Origin: Nitrospirota bacterium
GTDB taxonomy: Bacteria > Nitrospirota > UBA9217
Assembly (NCBI GenBank): GCA_963749655.1
Contig: CAVVOB010000022.1
Span: 64,001-128,000 of the forward strand
Direction of reading: 5' to 3'
Length of the DNA stretch: 64,000 bases
Shown here: in pieces, positions 30,798 to 40,787 of the stretch
Layout: each line of letters begins with the position of its first letter
How positions within the stretch are numbered: position 1 is the first letter of the stretch
Translations under genes and position numbers: made by a program
The notes under the pieces: generated by a model
The model's input: only the letters and a program-made list of their open reading frames with translations
Databases searched by the model: none
Told to the model about the DNA's origin: nothing

Positions 30798-31721
30798 TAC
30801 ATGAGAAAAAGCAAAGACGAAAAGAAGGATTTCGATCAGGAACTAGCTGAGGACAGCATACCGGTCGTGAGTAAAAACAAGTCCGATAAGGTCGTGCCGG
30901 TCAAACTCACCGGGGCGAGCAAGTTCAAGTTCCGCTGCCACAAAGGCGTCCGGTGTTTCACCGCATGTTGCAGCAACATCAACATCGTCCTGCCGCCGTT
31001 CGATCTTCTCCGTCTCAGGAAGCGGCTCGGCATGACGAGCGAAGACTTCATCAACACATACTGCGAAATCGAGATCCTGGCAAAGACGCTCCTTCCCGTG
31101 ATCACGCTCAAAATGCGGAACGATGAAAAAAAGAGCTGCCCGTTCCTGACTCCCGACGGCTGCACGGTTTACGAGGACCGTCCGAACATCTGCCGCTACT
31201 ATCCCGTGGGCATGGCCACGCTCAGGAAAAAGGACGCGGAGGGCGGCAAGGACGAGTTCTACTTCATGACCAAAGAGGACCACTGCAAGGGCTTCGAGGA
31301 AGACAAGGAGTGGACCATCGAGGAGTGGCGCAAGGATCAGGGGTCGGACCTGCACGATGAAATGAACCGCGGATGGATGGAGATCCTGATCAAGAAAAAG
31401 TCATTCGGCGAGAAGGAATTCCCCGAGATCAAGAATCAGATGTTCTTCATGGTCAGCACGAATACGGATTATTTACGCGAGTTCGTGTTCGGGAGCAGCT
31501 TCCTTGAAACGTACGATATCCCGCAGGAGCGGATCGAAAAAGTGCGCACCGACGATGCCGAACTCCTGAAGCTGGGGTACGAGTGGCTCAGGTCGGCGAT
31601 GTTTGCCGAAGAGACGATGAAGCTGAAAGACGGCGTTGCCGAGGCTCGCAAAGAGCGGACAGACGCTATTATGAAAAAAGTCTATGGAAATAAGCCGAAG
31701 GCAGAGTTCGGGGATGAGTGA
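30798..31721 (+). CDS. YkgJ-family cysteine-cluster (Zn/Fe-chelating) protein
   Basis: FRCHKGVRCFTACC, CPFL..GCTVYEDRP..CRYYP, HCKG. Start uncertain (30765, 30795 or 30801). Confidence 0.8.
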   Translation, partial: YMRKSKDEKKDFDQELAEDSIPVVSKNKSDKVVPVKLTGASKFKFRCHKGVRCFTACCSNINIVLPPFDLLRLRKRLGMTSEDFINTYCEIEILAKTLLPVITLKMRNDEKKSCPFLTPDGCTVYEDRPNICRYYPVGMATLRKKDAEGGKDEFYFMTKEDHCKGFEEDKEWTIEEWRKDQGSDLHDEMNRGWMEILIKKKSFGEKEFPEIKNQMFFMVSTNTDYLREFVFGSSFLETYDIPQERIEKVRTDDAELLKLGYEWLRSAMFAEETMKLKDGVAEARKERTDAIMKKVYGNKPKAEFGDE

Positions 31722-31748
31722 TCAGTAGACAGCAGGCAAGACTTCCTT

Positions 31749-32508
31749 CTAGCTGTCGTTTTGGAGGAGGATGCTCATCTCATCATAAATAGCATTGCCG
31801 ATTGTTATCCCCTGGTCAATGAATTCCGGACCATACCGCTTGCCGGTCTCGGTCCGGAAGGTTTCCTTGATTTTTTCGATGCCCTTCATTTTTTCCCGGA
31901 ACGTCCTGTGAAGGGATTCCAGCGGCGTATTCCGTGACGACACCATCAGCCACAGCGTCGTGCTGAAGTTCTCGGGGCCCCACCGGAACTTGTCCGCATC
32001 ATAGAGCGCATCGCTCACCAGTTTTCCCGCTATGTCATCGCGATCGATGGTCTCCTGAAAGGCCTCGTGGTTCCTTATCGCGTCTGCTATGTATTGCCGT
32101 TCCCTCAGCTCCATGCCGAGCCGGGAGAGGATCTTTTCCGCCTCGATGCTGCCCCGCACCGCATGATCCTGTTCTTTTCGTTTAATGTCGTGCAGGAGGC
32201 CGGCGATGATAGAGGCGGTAAAGAGCGAATCGACGCTCGGGCCGGTCAATTTTGAGTGCTGAGGCTTCGATCAGGACGATCGTTCCTGCATCGCGGGCCA
32301 CGGCCTCGCAGTGGCAAAGGCCATGGGCGCATTCCAGCTGGGACTCGTCCAGAAAGGTCCTGCAGGTTCGTATAAAGGGATGGGTCCGGAGGGTTTCCTC
32401 AGCCCGGTTCACGAATGAGGCCTGCTCCCCGTAGAAGAGAGGCCGGGGAAGAGAACGGGCGAGCGTAAGAGCCTTGTCCTGCAGCTTCTGATATACAGCC
32501 TGGGTCAT
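31749..32508 (-). CDS. HD-domain protein (frameshift near 32250)
   Basis: N-terminal part HGLCHC..VARDAG joins LLHDIKR..HA...IRNHEAF...LYDADKFRWG. Confidence 0.75.
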
Positions 32509-32711
32509 ACATTGATAATAATCGCTCAGAGCTCGTAATGTCAAGCGGAGAAGCGGCGGATTGAACAAATCCCCTTTCCTCTGGCGTTTATCCGTGTCTT
32601 TAAATCCTGCATGAACGGCCTGCCGCGGTCAGGGTTCCGGAAAAGGTTCAGATTGACACTTCGTGGCTACATAGAGTATTATTCTTTACTTCGGCTTGAA
32701 AGGAGAGCCCC

Positions 32712-34282
32712 TTGTCCGACATCCACAGCGAACGAATACTCATCCTCGACTTCGGTTCCCAATACACCCAGCTCATTGCGCGCCGGGTGCGCGAGGCCAA
32801 AGTCTATTGCGAAATCCTGCCTTATAATGCGGGCCTTGACAAGGTCAAGGCTTTCCGTCCCAAGGGCCTCATCCTGTCAGGAGGCCCTTCGAGCGTCTAC
32901 GACAGCGGCGCGCCGCTCATCGACCGAGCGCATCTCGATCTCGGCATCCCGGTCCTGGGCATCTGCTACGGCATGCAGCTTTTGACCCATGTGCTCGGCG
33001 GGACGGTGGCCAAATCGACCAAGCGCGAATACGGCAGGGCAGAGCTGAATCATTCACGAGAACGAAGGTCGTTTTCAAGGGAATCGGCGACGGGACGGGA
33101 TCACAACGCCAACTCGAAACTGTCGTATGGATGAGCCACGGCGACCGCATCGAGAAGATGCCCGAGGGTTTCCACGCTATCGCCCATACCGACAATTCGC
33201 CGACTGCCGCTATGGCGAACGAGCAGAGAAGGTTCTTCGGCGTCCAGTTCCACCCCGAGGTCGTTCATACGCCGCAGGGCGTCCAGATCCTGCGAAATTT
33301 CGTGTACGGGATCTGTAAATGTGAGCCGTCCTGGACCATGGCCTCCTTTGTGGAGTATTCCGTATCAGAGATTTGGAAAGCCGTCGGGGACAAACAGGCT
33401 GTCTGCGGCCTCTCGGGCGGTGTTGACTCGTCCGTGGCTGCCGTGCTGGTGCACAAGGCTATCGGCAAGCAGCTGACGTGCATTTTTGTCGACAACGGCG
33501 TCCTCAGGAAGAATGAAGCGGCATCGGTCCAGAACTCGTTCAAAAACATGGGGCTCAATCTCAAGTACGTGGACGCGTCCCGGGAATTCCTGTCCCGTCT
33601 CAAAGGCGTCGAGGACCCTGAGAAGAAGCGGAAGATCATCGGCAACACCTTCATCGAGGTCTTCGAGCGTGAGGCCCATGCGGTGGGCGGGGCCGAGTTC
33701 CTGGTCCAGGGCACGCTTTATCCCGATGTGATCGAAAGCGTGTCGTTCAAAGGGCCGTCGGCGGTCATCAAGTCGCATCACAACGTGGGCGGCCTGCCGG
33801 AAAAGATGAAACTGAAGCTTGTCGAGCCCCTGCGCGAGCTCTTCAAGGACGAGGTGCGCGCCATCGGGCGTGAGATGGAGATGCCCGACGACATTATCGA
33901 CCGCCAGCCCTTCCCGGGTCCGGGCCTTGCCATCCGCATCCTGGGCGAGGTGACCGAATCTCGTCTCGCCATTCTTCGCGAAGCAGACGCCATTGTCATT
34001 GAGGAGATCAAGAAGGCAGGCCTCTACAAGCAGATCTGGCAGTCCTTTGCCGTGCTGCTCCCCATCAAGACCGTGGGCGTCATGGGAGACGAACGGACTT
34101 ACGAGAACGTTGTCGCCATCCGCGCGGTCACGAGCCAGGACGGTATGACTGCGGACTGGGCGAAGGTCCCCTATGACCTGCTCGGCATCATGTCGAACCG
34201 CATCATCAATGAAGTTAAAGGCGTGAACCGCGTTTGCTTCGACATCTCGTCCAAGCCGCCGAGTACGATCGAATGGGAATAG
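32712..34282 (+). CDS. guaA: GMP synthase (glutamine-hydrolysing), frameshift near 33045-33070
   Basis: [41 protein letters not shown] and KPPSTIEWE. Confidence 0.96.
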
Positions 34283-34338
34283 GACGTATGCCGGGCCTCC
34301 GAACCGATTGAATCCCACCCTGCGGCAGAGGAGGCACT

Positions 34339-36018
34339 GTGCCGGAAGCTGTCATTGTTTACGGAATATCGAATGCAGGGGTCCGGATCGCCCACTGCCT
34401 GCACGACCTGGGCCATCCCGTGACCCTCGTTGGATGTCCGGCTGATCAGCAGGTCCTGTCCCGAACCGAGGCCGAAGGCATCACAGTCCTCTGTGCGGAC
34501 ACCGGTGACTTCCGGCTGCTTGCCCGCCTCGGGCTCGCGACTGCCCGCTCCCTGGTCCTGCCCTCCGAGGACGAGCTTTTCAATCTCCAGGCCGCGTTGT
34601 ATGCCGTGGAGATCAATCCCCGTATCACCATTGTCATCCGTCTTTTCAACCTGAACCTGGCGAAAAAGCTCGAGGAGTGCGTAGGGAATTTTCGTGTGCT
34701 AAGCGCCTCACAGGTTGCTTCCCCCAGCTTCACAGCCGCAGCGGTCATCAAAAAGAACCTGCTTTCGTTCGAATTGCACAAAACCATCCATTCCCTGTTC
34801 GAAACGGACAGCCGGCGGTTTGCCGGAAGGACCGTTGCCGATATCCAGCAGCAGGAATCCGTCATCGTCGTATCCGTGAACCAGGACCTGTTTCCGGCGG
34901 AGAGCGTAGTTGTGCAGGCCGGTGACAGGCTTGCGCTGTTCTCCCCGCTGTCACAGGCAAAAAAACTGTCCCCGCCGGCCGGTGACGACGCTGCTGACGG
35001 AGCACCTCCCGGGCAGACCGTGACACCGGACGGTTTTCTGGCATCGTTCAAGCGCCTCGATCGCATTGCGGCGGGCACGTTAGCGATCCTGGCCGCCCTA
35101 GCGCTGCTCTCGATTGTGGCGCTTCACTTTTCAGAGGGGATGGGTTTCTTCAACGCCGCCTATGTGGTCCTGGCCATGCTGACGAGCGGCGGCTTCGAGG
35201 ACACGGCGTACCGTGATTATCACCAGCTGTCGAAATTCCTCATCATGCTGCTGATGGCCGCGGGCGTATCCGCAGTGGTGTTCCTGTTCGCCCTGGTGAG
35301 CGACGTTTTGCTTAAGAAGCGCTTTGACCTTCTCATGGGAAGAAAAAAACACAGGATTCGGGACCATGTGATCCTCTGTGGCATCGGTGACGTGGGGATC
35401 AGGATCCTTGAGGACTTGCTCGTGCTGGGCGAAAAGGTCGTGATCATCGAGAAAAACGCCGACGGCAGGTATCTGGGCGCCGTGACCCGGAGGGATGTGC
35501 CGCTGGTCATTTCCGATGCGACCCTGGAGGAGACCCTCGTCAATGCGAATATCGCCGGCGCAAAATCGATCATCTGCGCCACCGATGACGACATGAAAAA
35601 CCTGGAGATCGGACTGAACGCCAGGAGCTTTCATCCCGGAATCCAGGTTGTGCTTCGGATTTTCAACAAGGAATTCGCCGAAAAGATCGAGAAACACTTC
35701 AATATTCATGTGGCACTCAGCTCGTCCAGCATCGCTGCTCCGACCTTTGCATCCGCTGCAACGGACCTGGGCGTGATCAACATGGTGGCACTTGCAGGCA
35801 GAAGCTTGGTGCTGAAGGAGCGGATCGCGAGGGCCGGCGGGGATGGACCGATCGTCGGCCCGGGCAGCGCAAAAATCCTGCTCGTCGTCAGGAACGGAAA
35901 AGATTTTCTGTTCAGGAACGGCAGCGGGGTGGAGCCCGGTGACCGGCTCATCTATCTGGAAATGATGGAGACCGCGGTCCCGGGAGGGGCGGCCGATGCA
36001 ACATCGATGAAGAGATGA
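34339..36018 (+). CDS. TrkA_N (RCK)-containing potassium-channel-like protein
   Basis: Two NAD-binding RCK domains (VYGISNAG, LCGIGDVG) flanking a 2-TM pore segment with a degenerate filter, LTSGGFED. Confidence 0.75.
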   Translation: MPEAVIVYGISNAGVRIAHCLHDLGHPVTLVGCPADQQVLSRTEAEGITVLCADTGDFRLLARLGLATARSLVLPSEDELFNLQAALYAVEINPRITIVIRLFNLNLAKKLEECVGNFRVLSASQVASPSFTAAAVIKKNLLSFELHKTIHSLFETDSRRFAGRTVADIQQQESVIVVSVNQDLFPAESVVVQAGDRLALFSPLSQAKKLSPPAGDDAADGAPPGQTVTPDGFLASFKRLDRIAAGTLAILAALALLSIVALHFSEGMGFFNAAYVVLAMLTSGGFEDTAYRDYHQLSKFLIMLLMAAGVSAVVFLFALVSDVLLKKRFDLLMGRKKHRIRDHVILCGIGDVGIRILEDLLVLGEKVVIIEKNADGRYLGAVTRRDVPLVISDATLEETLVNANIAGAKSIICATDDDMKNLEIGLNARSFHPGIQVVLRIFNKEFAEKIEKHFNIHVALSSSSIAAPTFASAATDLGVINMVALAGRSLVLKERIARAGGDGPIVGPGSAKILLVVRNGKDFLFRNGSGVEPGDRLIYLEMMETAVPGGAADATSMKR

Positions 36019-36322
36019 CGACAGCGAGGTTATCATGACGCACGATGACGCTCGGTTCGGCAGAGACCTGTTGGTACGAAGGTCTGCCTGCGCAAGCGGT
36101 CAGGAAAAGTCATGTAGGGGCTGCGGTCGTGGAGAGCGGGCCTCGCAGCGCCGCATACCGGGCTGTATCGTGACGGGTATACGTCCAAGGCGCTCCGGTC
36201 GTCGGCGGGGGTATGCTGCAGGGCCGGAATAGGGCGAGAAATAGCGAGAAATAGCAGTTGACACAGCAGGCCGAGTCAGTGTACAAAAGAGGGCGCTTTA
36301 TTCAGGAGGTACCGGGAACAGC

Positions 36323-38005
36323 ATGGCAAACGAACCGAACAAGATCATCTACTCCATGGTCGGGGTGGGGAAGTTTTACGACAAGAAGCCTGTCCTGAAG
36401 GACATCTACCTCTCCTATTTTTTTGGCGCCAAGATCGGCGTACTGGGCCTGAACGGTTCGGGGAAAAGCTCGCTCCTGCGGATCATGGCGGGTATGGACA
36501 AGGAGCATGTGGGCGAGGCTGTGCTTTCGCCGGGCTATACCGTGGGCTTCCTTGAGCAGGAACCGAAGCTCGACCCGGAAAAGACCGTGCGCCAGATCGT
36601 GGAAGAGGGCGTGCAGGCTACAGTTGATCTCCTCGCGGAATACAACAAGATCAACGAGAGTTTTGCCAATCCTATGTCCGACGACGAGATGCAGAAGCTG
36701 ATCGAGCGGCAGGGCGAGGTGCAAGAAAAGCTGGACCACGCGAATGCCTGGGAGCTCGACAGCAGGCTTGAAATGGCCATGGATGCGCTTCGCTGCCCGG
36801 CCGGGGAAACGAAGGTGAACGTCCTTTCGGGCGGTGAAAAAAGGCGGGTGGCGCTCTGCCGCCTGCTGCTGCAGAAGCCCGACATCCTGCTGCTCGACGA
36901 ACCGACGAACCATCTTGACGCCGAGTCCGTTGCCTGGTTGGAGCACCATCTGAAAAACTACGAGGGCACGGTGATCGCCGTGACCCACGACCGCTATTTT
37001 CTCGATAACGTGGCAGGCTGGATACTTGAGCTTGACCGCGGCCAGGGCATCCCCTGGAAGGGGAACTACACGTCCTGGCTCGAACAGAAGGGTGAGCGGC
37101 TGAAGCTTGAGGAGAAAACCGAAAGCGAACGCCAGAAAACGCTTGCACGCGAGCTGGAGTGGATCAGGATGTCGCCCAAGGGCAGGCATGCGAAATCCAA
37201 GGCGCGCATCAACTCCTACGAAGAACTGCTCCGCCAGCAAACCGAAGCGCGCGGCAAGGAACTTGAGATCTACATCCCACCGGGACCGCGGCTCGGCAAG
37301 GTGGTGATCGAGGCAGAGAACGTAACCAAGGCCTTCGGCGACAATATTCTCGTGGAGAGCATGTCTTTCATGCTGCCGCCCGGAGGCATTGTGGGGGTCA
37401 TCGGGCCGAACGGTGCGGGCAAGACCACGCTTTTCCGCATGATCACGGGGCAGGACAAGCCGGATAAGGGCACGATCAGGATCGGCGAGACCGTAAAGCT
37501 CGCGTACGTGGACCAGAGCCGCGATGTGCTCGACTCGAACAAAACCATCTGGCAGGAGATCACCGGCGGTCAGGAACAGGTGCAGCTCGGCAAAATGCTG
37601 ATGAATTCCCGCGCCTACGTATCGCGTTTCAATTTCGGTGGGACGGACCAGCAGAAAAAGGTGGGCGTGCTGTCGGGAGGAGAGCGCAACCGGGTGCACC
37701 TTGCGCGCATCCTGAAGGAGGAAGCCAATGTGCTGCTCCTCGACGAGCCCACGAACGACCTCGACGTAAACACCATGCGGGCGCTCGAGGAGGGGCTCGA
37801 AAATTTTGCGGGCTGCGCGGTCGTGATCAGCCACGACCGCTGGTTCCTCGACAGGATCGCGACGCACATCCTTGCGTTCGAAGGAGACAGCAAGGTGGCC
37901 TTCTTTGACGGCAATTTTACGGAGTACGAAGAAGACCGGAAGAAGCGGCTTGGGGCCGATGCAGACCAGCCGCACCGCATCAAATACAGACACTTGACGA
38001 GATAA
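36323..38005 (+). CDS. ettA: Energy-dependent translational throttle protein EttA
   Basis: [43 protein letters not shown] and PHRIKY C-terminus. Confidence 0.96.
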   Translation: MANEPNKIIYSMVGVGKFYDKKPVLKDIYLSYFFGAKIGVLGLNGSGKSSLLRIMAGMDKEHVGEAVLSPGYTVGFLEQEPKLDPEKTVRQIVEEGVQATVDLLAEYNKINESFANPMSDDEMQKLIERQGEVQEKLDHANAWELDSRLEMAMDALRCPAGETKVNVLSGGEKRRVALCRLLLQKPDILLLDEPTNHLDAESVAWLEHHLKNYEGTVIAVTHDRYFLDNVAGWILELDRGQGIPWKGNYTSWLEQKGERLKLEEKTESERQKTLARELEWIRMSPKGRHAKSKARINSYEELLRQQTEARGKELEIYIPPGPRLGKVVIEAENVTKAFGDNILVESMSFMLPPGGIVGVIGPNGAGKTTLFRMITGQDKPDKGTIRIGETVKLAYVDQSRDVLDSNKTIWQEITGGQEQVQLGKMLMNSRAYVSRFNFGGTDQQKKVGVLSGGERNRVHLARILKEEANVLLLDEPTNDLDVNTMRALEEGLENFAGCAVVISHDRWFLDRIATHILAFEGDSKVAFFDGNFTEYEEDRKKRLGADADQPHRIKYRHLTR

Positions 38006-38099
38006 CCTGATTGCGGATTGCGAAATGCGAATTGCGGAATGAAATCCGGATAAGACTGTTCGTCCGTGTCTATCCGTGTTGCTATAGGGGAGGTTTGGA

Positions 38100-38417
38100 A
38101 TGTCGGAGTTCAAGAATGTGACCGTCGTAAAGAAGGCGAACGTCTATTTCGCGGGAAAGGTCACGAGCAGAACGGTCCTTTTTCCGGACGGGTCGAAAAA
38201 GACGCTCGGCGTGATGCTGCCGGGGGAGTTTGAATTCGGCACTGCGGACAAGGAAACCATGGAGATACTGTCCGGGAACCTCGAGGTGCTTCTGCCCGGG
38301 GAGACGTCCTGGAGAAACATCAGGGGAGGCCAGTCCTTTGAAGTACGGGCGAATGCAAAGTTTCAGCTGAAGGTAACGGAGTTGACGGACTACTGTTGCT
38401 CCTTCGTCAAGGGTTAA
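38100..38417 (+). CDS. ppnP: Pyrimidine/purine nucleoside phosphorylase (DUF1255)
   Basis: [30 protein letters not shown]...E.MEI...DYCCSF. Confidence 0.9.
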   Translation: MSEFKNVTVVKKANVYFAGKVTSRTVLFPDGSKKTLGVMLPGEFEFGTADKETMEILSGNLEVLLPGETSWRNIRGGQSFEVRANAKFQLKVTELTDYCCSFVKG

Positions 38418-38529
38418 CGGAAGGAACGGCCTGACGCCGCAGGATCAGCATTCAAAGGGCTTGGGTCGGGAGGGGTGGCATTTTGCCGCTGACCTGCCGC
38501 CCGGATATTTTTCCGATAAGGGGGAAGCT

Positions 38530-39054
38530 ATGAAAAAGATCATTGTGATTAGTTCGGTTCTCCTTGCACTGGCAGCAGGTGCGTGCAGGCAGCAGGAGCA
38601 GAAACAGCAGGTATCCTACGCGCCTGCCGCTCCGCCGGCGGTCACAGATATTGAACAGTTTCAGCTGGCAGCCAGAAGCAATCCGAAGAGCGCGGAGGCA
38701 TGGACGAGGCTCGGCGATGCTATGATGGACTCTCAGCGGTTCAGCGAGGCGGTCGATGCCTATGCAAAATCCCTGGCCATCAATCCGAAGAATGTCAATG
38801 TCCTGGTCGACCTGGGGACCTGCTACCGCGGCGTCGGGAAATACGACATGGCTGTGAAGCAGTACCGGAAAGCGCTGGCGATCGACCCCGATTTTCCGAA
38901 TGCTCACCGCAATCTCGGTGTCGTGCTCGCCAACGACCTGCACAAAACCGATGAGGCGCTGAAGGAGTTCAAGCGGTACCTGGAACTCGTGCCGAGCGGA
39001 CCAGGGTCGGATCAGATCAGGCAGGCCATGCGTGAGTTATCGGGCCAGAAATAA
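38530..39054 (+). CDS. TPR-repeat lipoprotein
   Basis: Signal peptide with lipobox (LAAGAC) and three TPRs. Start set at the ATG at 38530. Confidence 0.85.
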   Translation: MKKIIVISSVLLALAAGACRQQEQKQQVSYAPAAPPAVTDIEQFQLAARSNPKSAEAWTRLGDAMMDSQRFSEAVDAYAKSLAINPKNVNVLVDLGTCYRGVGKYDMAVKQYRKALAIDPDFPNAHRNLGVVLANDLHKTDEALKEFKRYLELVPSGPGSDQIRQAMRELSGQK

Positions 39055-39070
39055 CGACTGCAGGGCGACA

Positions 39071-39101
39071 GGCCCCGGACGATTTCGACCGGGGCTTTTT
39101 T
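39071..39101 (+). terminator. Intrinsic terminator
   Basis: GCCCCGG...CCGGGGC followed by TTTTTT. Confidence 0.8.
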
Positions 39102-39201
39102 GTGCTCTTTGAAGAATGTGGAGTGAAAAAGGTGCTGAATCTACATTAGGTTTTCCCGATTCCGGGTCCGGCCTTCCGGCGTCGAAAGCAGGATAAACGC
39201 A

Positions 39202-40608
39202 ATGAATGATCGACAGTACAAAAAAACGGTGCTGGTCCTTATTTCCTTGTTTATCTTTCTGCATTTCCCCCTGCTGGTTCACACGGTCTCGCATTCCCAT
39301 AGCTGGCGTCAGGCAGATACGGCAGCCGTATCGAGGAATTTTTACGAAGAGTCCTTCAATTTTTTCTATCCAAGGGTCGATGCCAGGGGAGAACTGAGCG
39401 GCATAACTGGGATGGAGTTCCCGATGTATCAGTACCTGTCGGGAATACTGTATTTTGTTTTTGACACGGACGTCGACATTCCGGGGAAGCTGATTTCGCT
39501 GGTAAGCTCTGTCGTCGCCCTGATTTTTCTCATCGCGCTGGCAGCCAGCATAGACAAAACGATTACGGCTTCATCAATCGTTATCGTATATCTCACCTCC
39601 CCCTTCGTTTTCTTCTTTGCGACATCTTTCATGCCGGAACTGTTTGCTCTCAGTCTCGCACTGGCCGGGGTCTATTTTTTTACCCGTTATGAGCAGACGG
39701 GCCAGACCAACGAACTGATGGCGAGCATCCTGTTTCTTTGCCTTGCCAGCCTCTCGAGACCTTTTCTGATTTTTTTGTGCTATCCGCTGGTGCATACGTT
39801 TGTTGCCGACGTAAAAAAAGGGAAGTTCAACCGGGGGGTGTTTCTCGGAGGAACGGCGATACTCGCGGCATTCGCTTTCTGGTATTTTTACTGGTCGCCC
39901 TACCTGGTCCGGAAATTCGGTCTGGACATCTTTTTTTTCGGATCCGATTTGCACCATAACCTGGCAACCATGTCTTCATTTTCCTTCTGGTCTTTGCTGC
40001 TCAACGAAATAACCACCTCCTATCTCGGCTGGATATGGCTGCCGTTTACAGTGCACGGTTCTTGCGAATTATTTAGGAAGGGAAACCGTATCTATCGGTA
40101 TTTCCTGCTGGCCGGATTGATCGGTATTGTGGTGCTTGGATTGGTCTCGGGAAGGCACTTTTCCCCGCATTATTATTATTTGATTTGTCTCCTTCCCCTG
40201 TTGGTCATCAGCAGCGCTTTTTCCCTGGAGGCACTGTGCGGAAAGTTCAAAGTGAATCGTATGGCATTGGGCATCGCCCTCATTCTCATTATTTTTCTGA
40301 TCAAGATTCGCATCTATCGGGAAGATAGAGTTCTCATCGACACTATGGCTTCTATTCAACAGGCAACGGCGAAGAAGGACCTTGTTGTCGTAGAAACCAT
40401 AGGGGGGGTGGGCGGAGGCGGCGCAGGGAACTCTTATTCGCTCCATCATTTGAGAAGAAAAGGCTGGATTGTTACCAAGGAAGAGATAGCCTATCTCCCC
40501 TATATTCAGTTGCTGCACGATGAGGGCGCTCGATGGGTGATACCGCTGGAAAAGGGGAACTATTGCCTGTATCCGATTGCAGAGTGGGAGAAAAAAATAG
40601 CCGAATGA
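39202..40608 (+). CDS. ArnT/GT39-like polytopic membrane glycosyltransferase
   Basis: HSWRQADTAAVSRNF..F.YPRVD....MEFP.Y N-terminal loop and more than 10 TM helices. Confidence 0.8.
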   Translation: MNDRQYKKTVLVLISLFIFLHFPLLVHTVSHSHSWRQADTAAVSRNFYEESFNFFYPRVDARGELSGITGMEFPMYQYLSGILYFVFDTDVDIPGKLISLVSSVVALIFLIALAASIDKTITASSIVIVYLTSPFVFFFATSFMPELFALSLALAGVYFFTRYEQTGQTNELMASILFLCLASLSRPFLIFLCYPLVHTFVADVKKGKFNRGVFLGGTAILAAFAFWYFYWSPYLVRKFGLDIFFFGSDLHHNLATMSSFSFWSLLLNEITTSYLGWIWLPFTVHGSCELFRKGNRIYRYFLLAGLIGIVVLGLVSGRHFSPHYYYLICLLPLLVISSAFSLEALCGKFKVNRMALGIALILIIFLIKIRIYREDRVLIDTMASIQQATAKKDLVVVETIGGVGGGGAGNSYSLHHLRRKGWIVTKEEIAYLPYIQLLHDEGARWVIPLEKGNYCLYPIAEWEKKIAE

Positions 40609-40787
40609 ACGGCGCGTCATTTTGTACTGAACAGTCTGCCGTTCGGAATCCCTCGTGCTGCCAGGCGTGCACGGAAAGCTTCTGCGAGCGCAACAACGGC
40701 AGGTCCTTTTTCATAGCGCTTTCGGCGATGAGCCTGGCCAGTCCTGATTCTCGTCCCTATCGGCTCAGCAGGGAGCGCGGTACTCCT

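Noticed and set aside
36035-36260. 65-aa ORF and a 10-bp direct repeat (GCGAGAAATA twice) before ettA
   Set aside because: The ORF has atypical composition and no motif, and a two-copy 10-mer is not enough to call an element.
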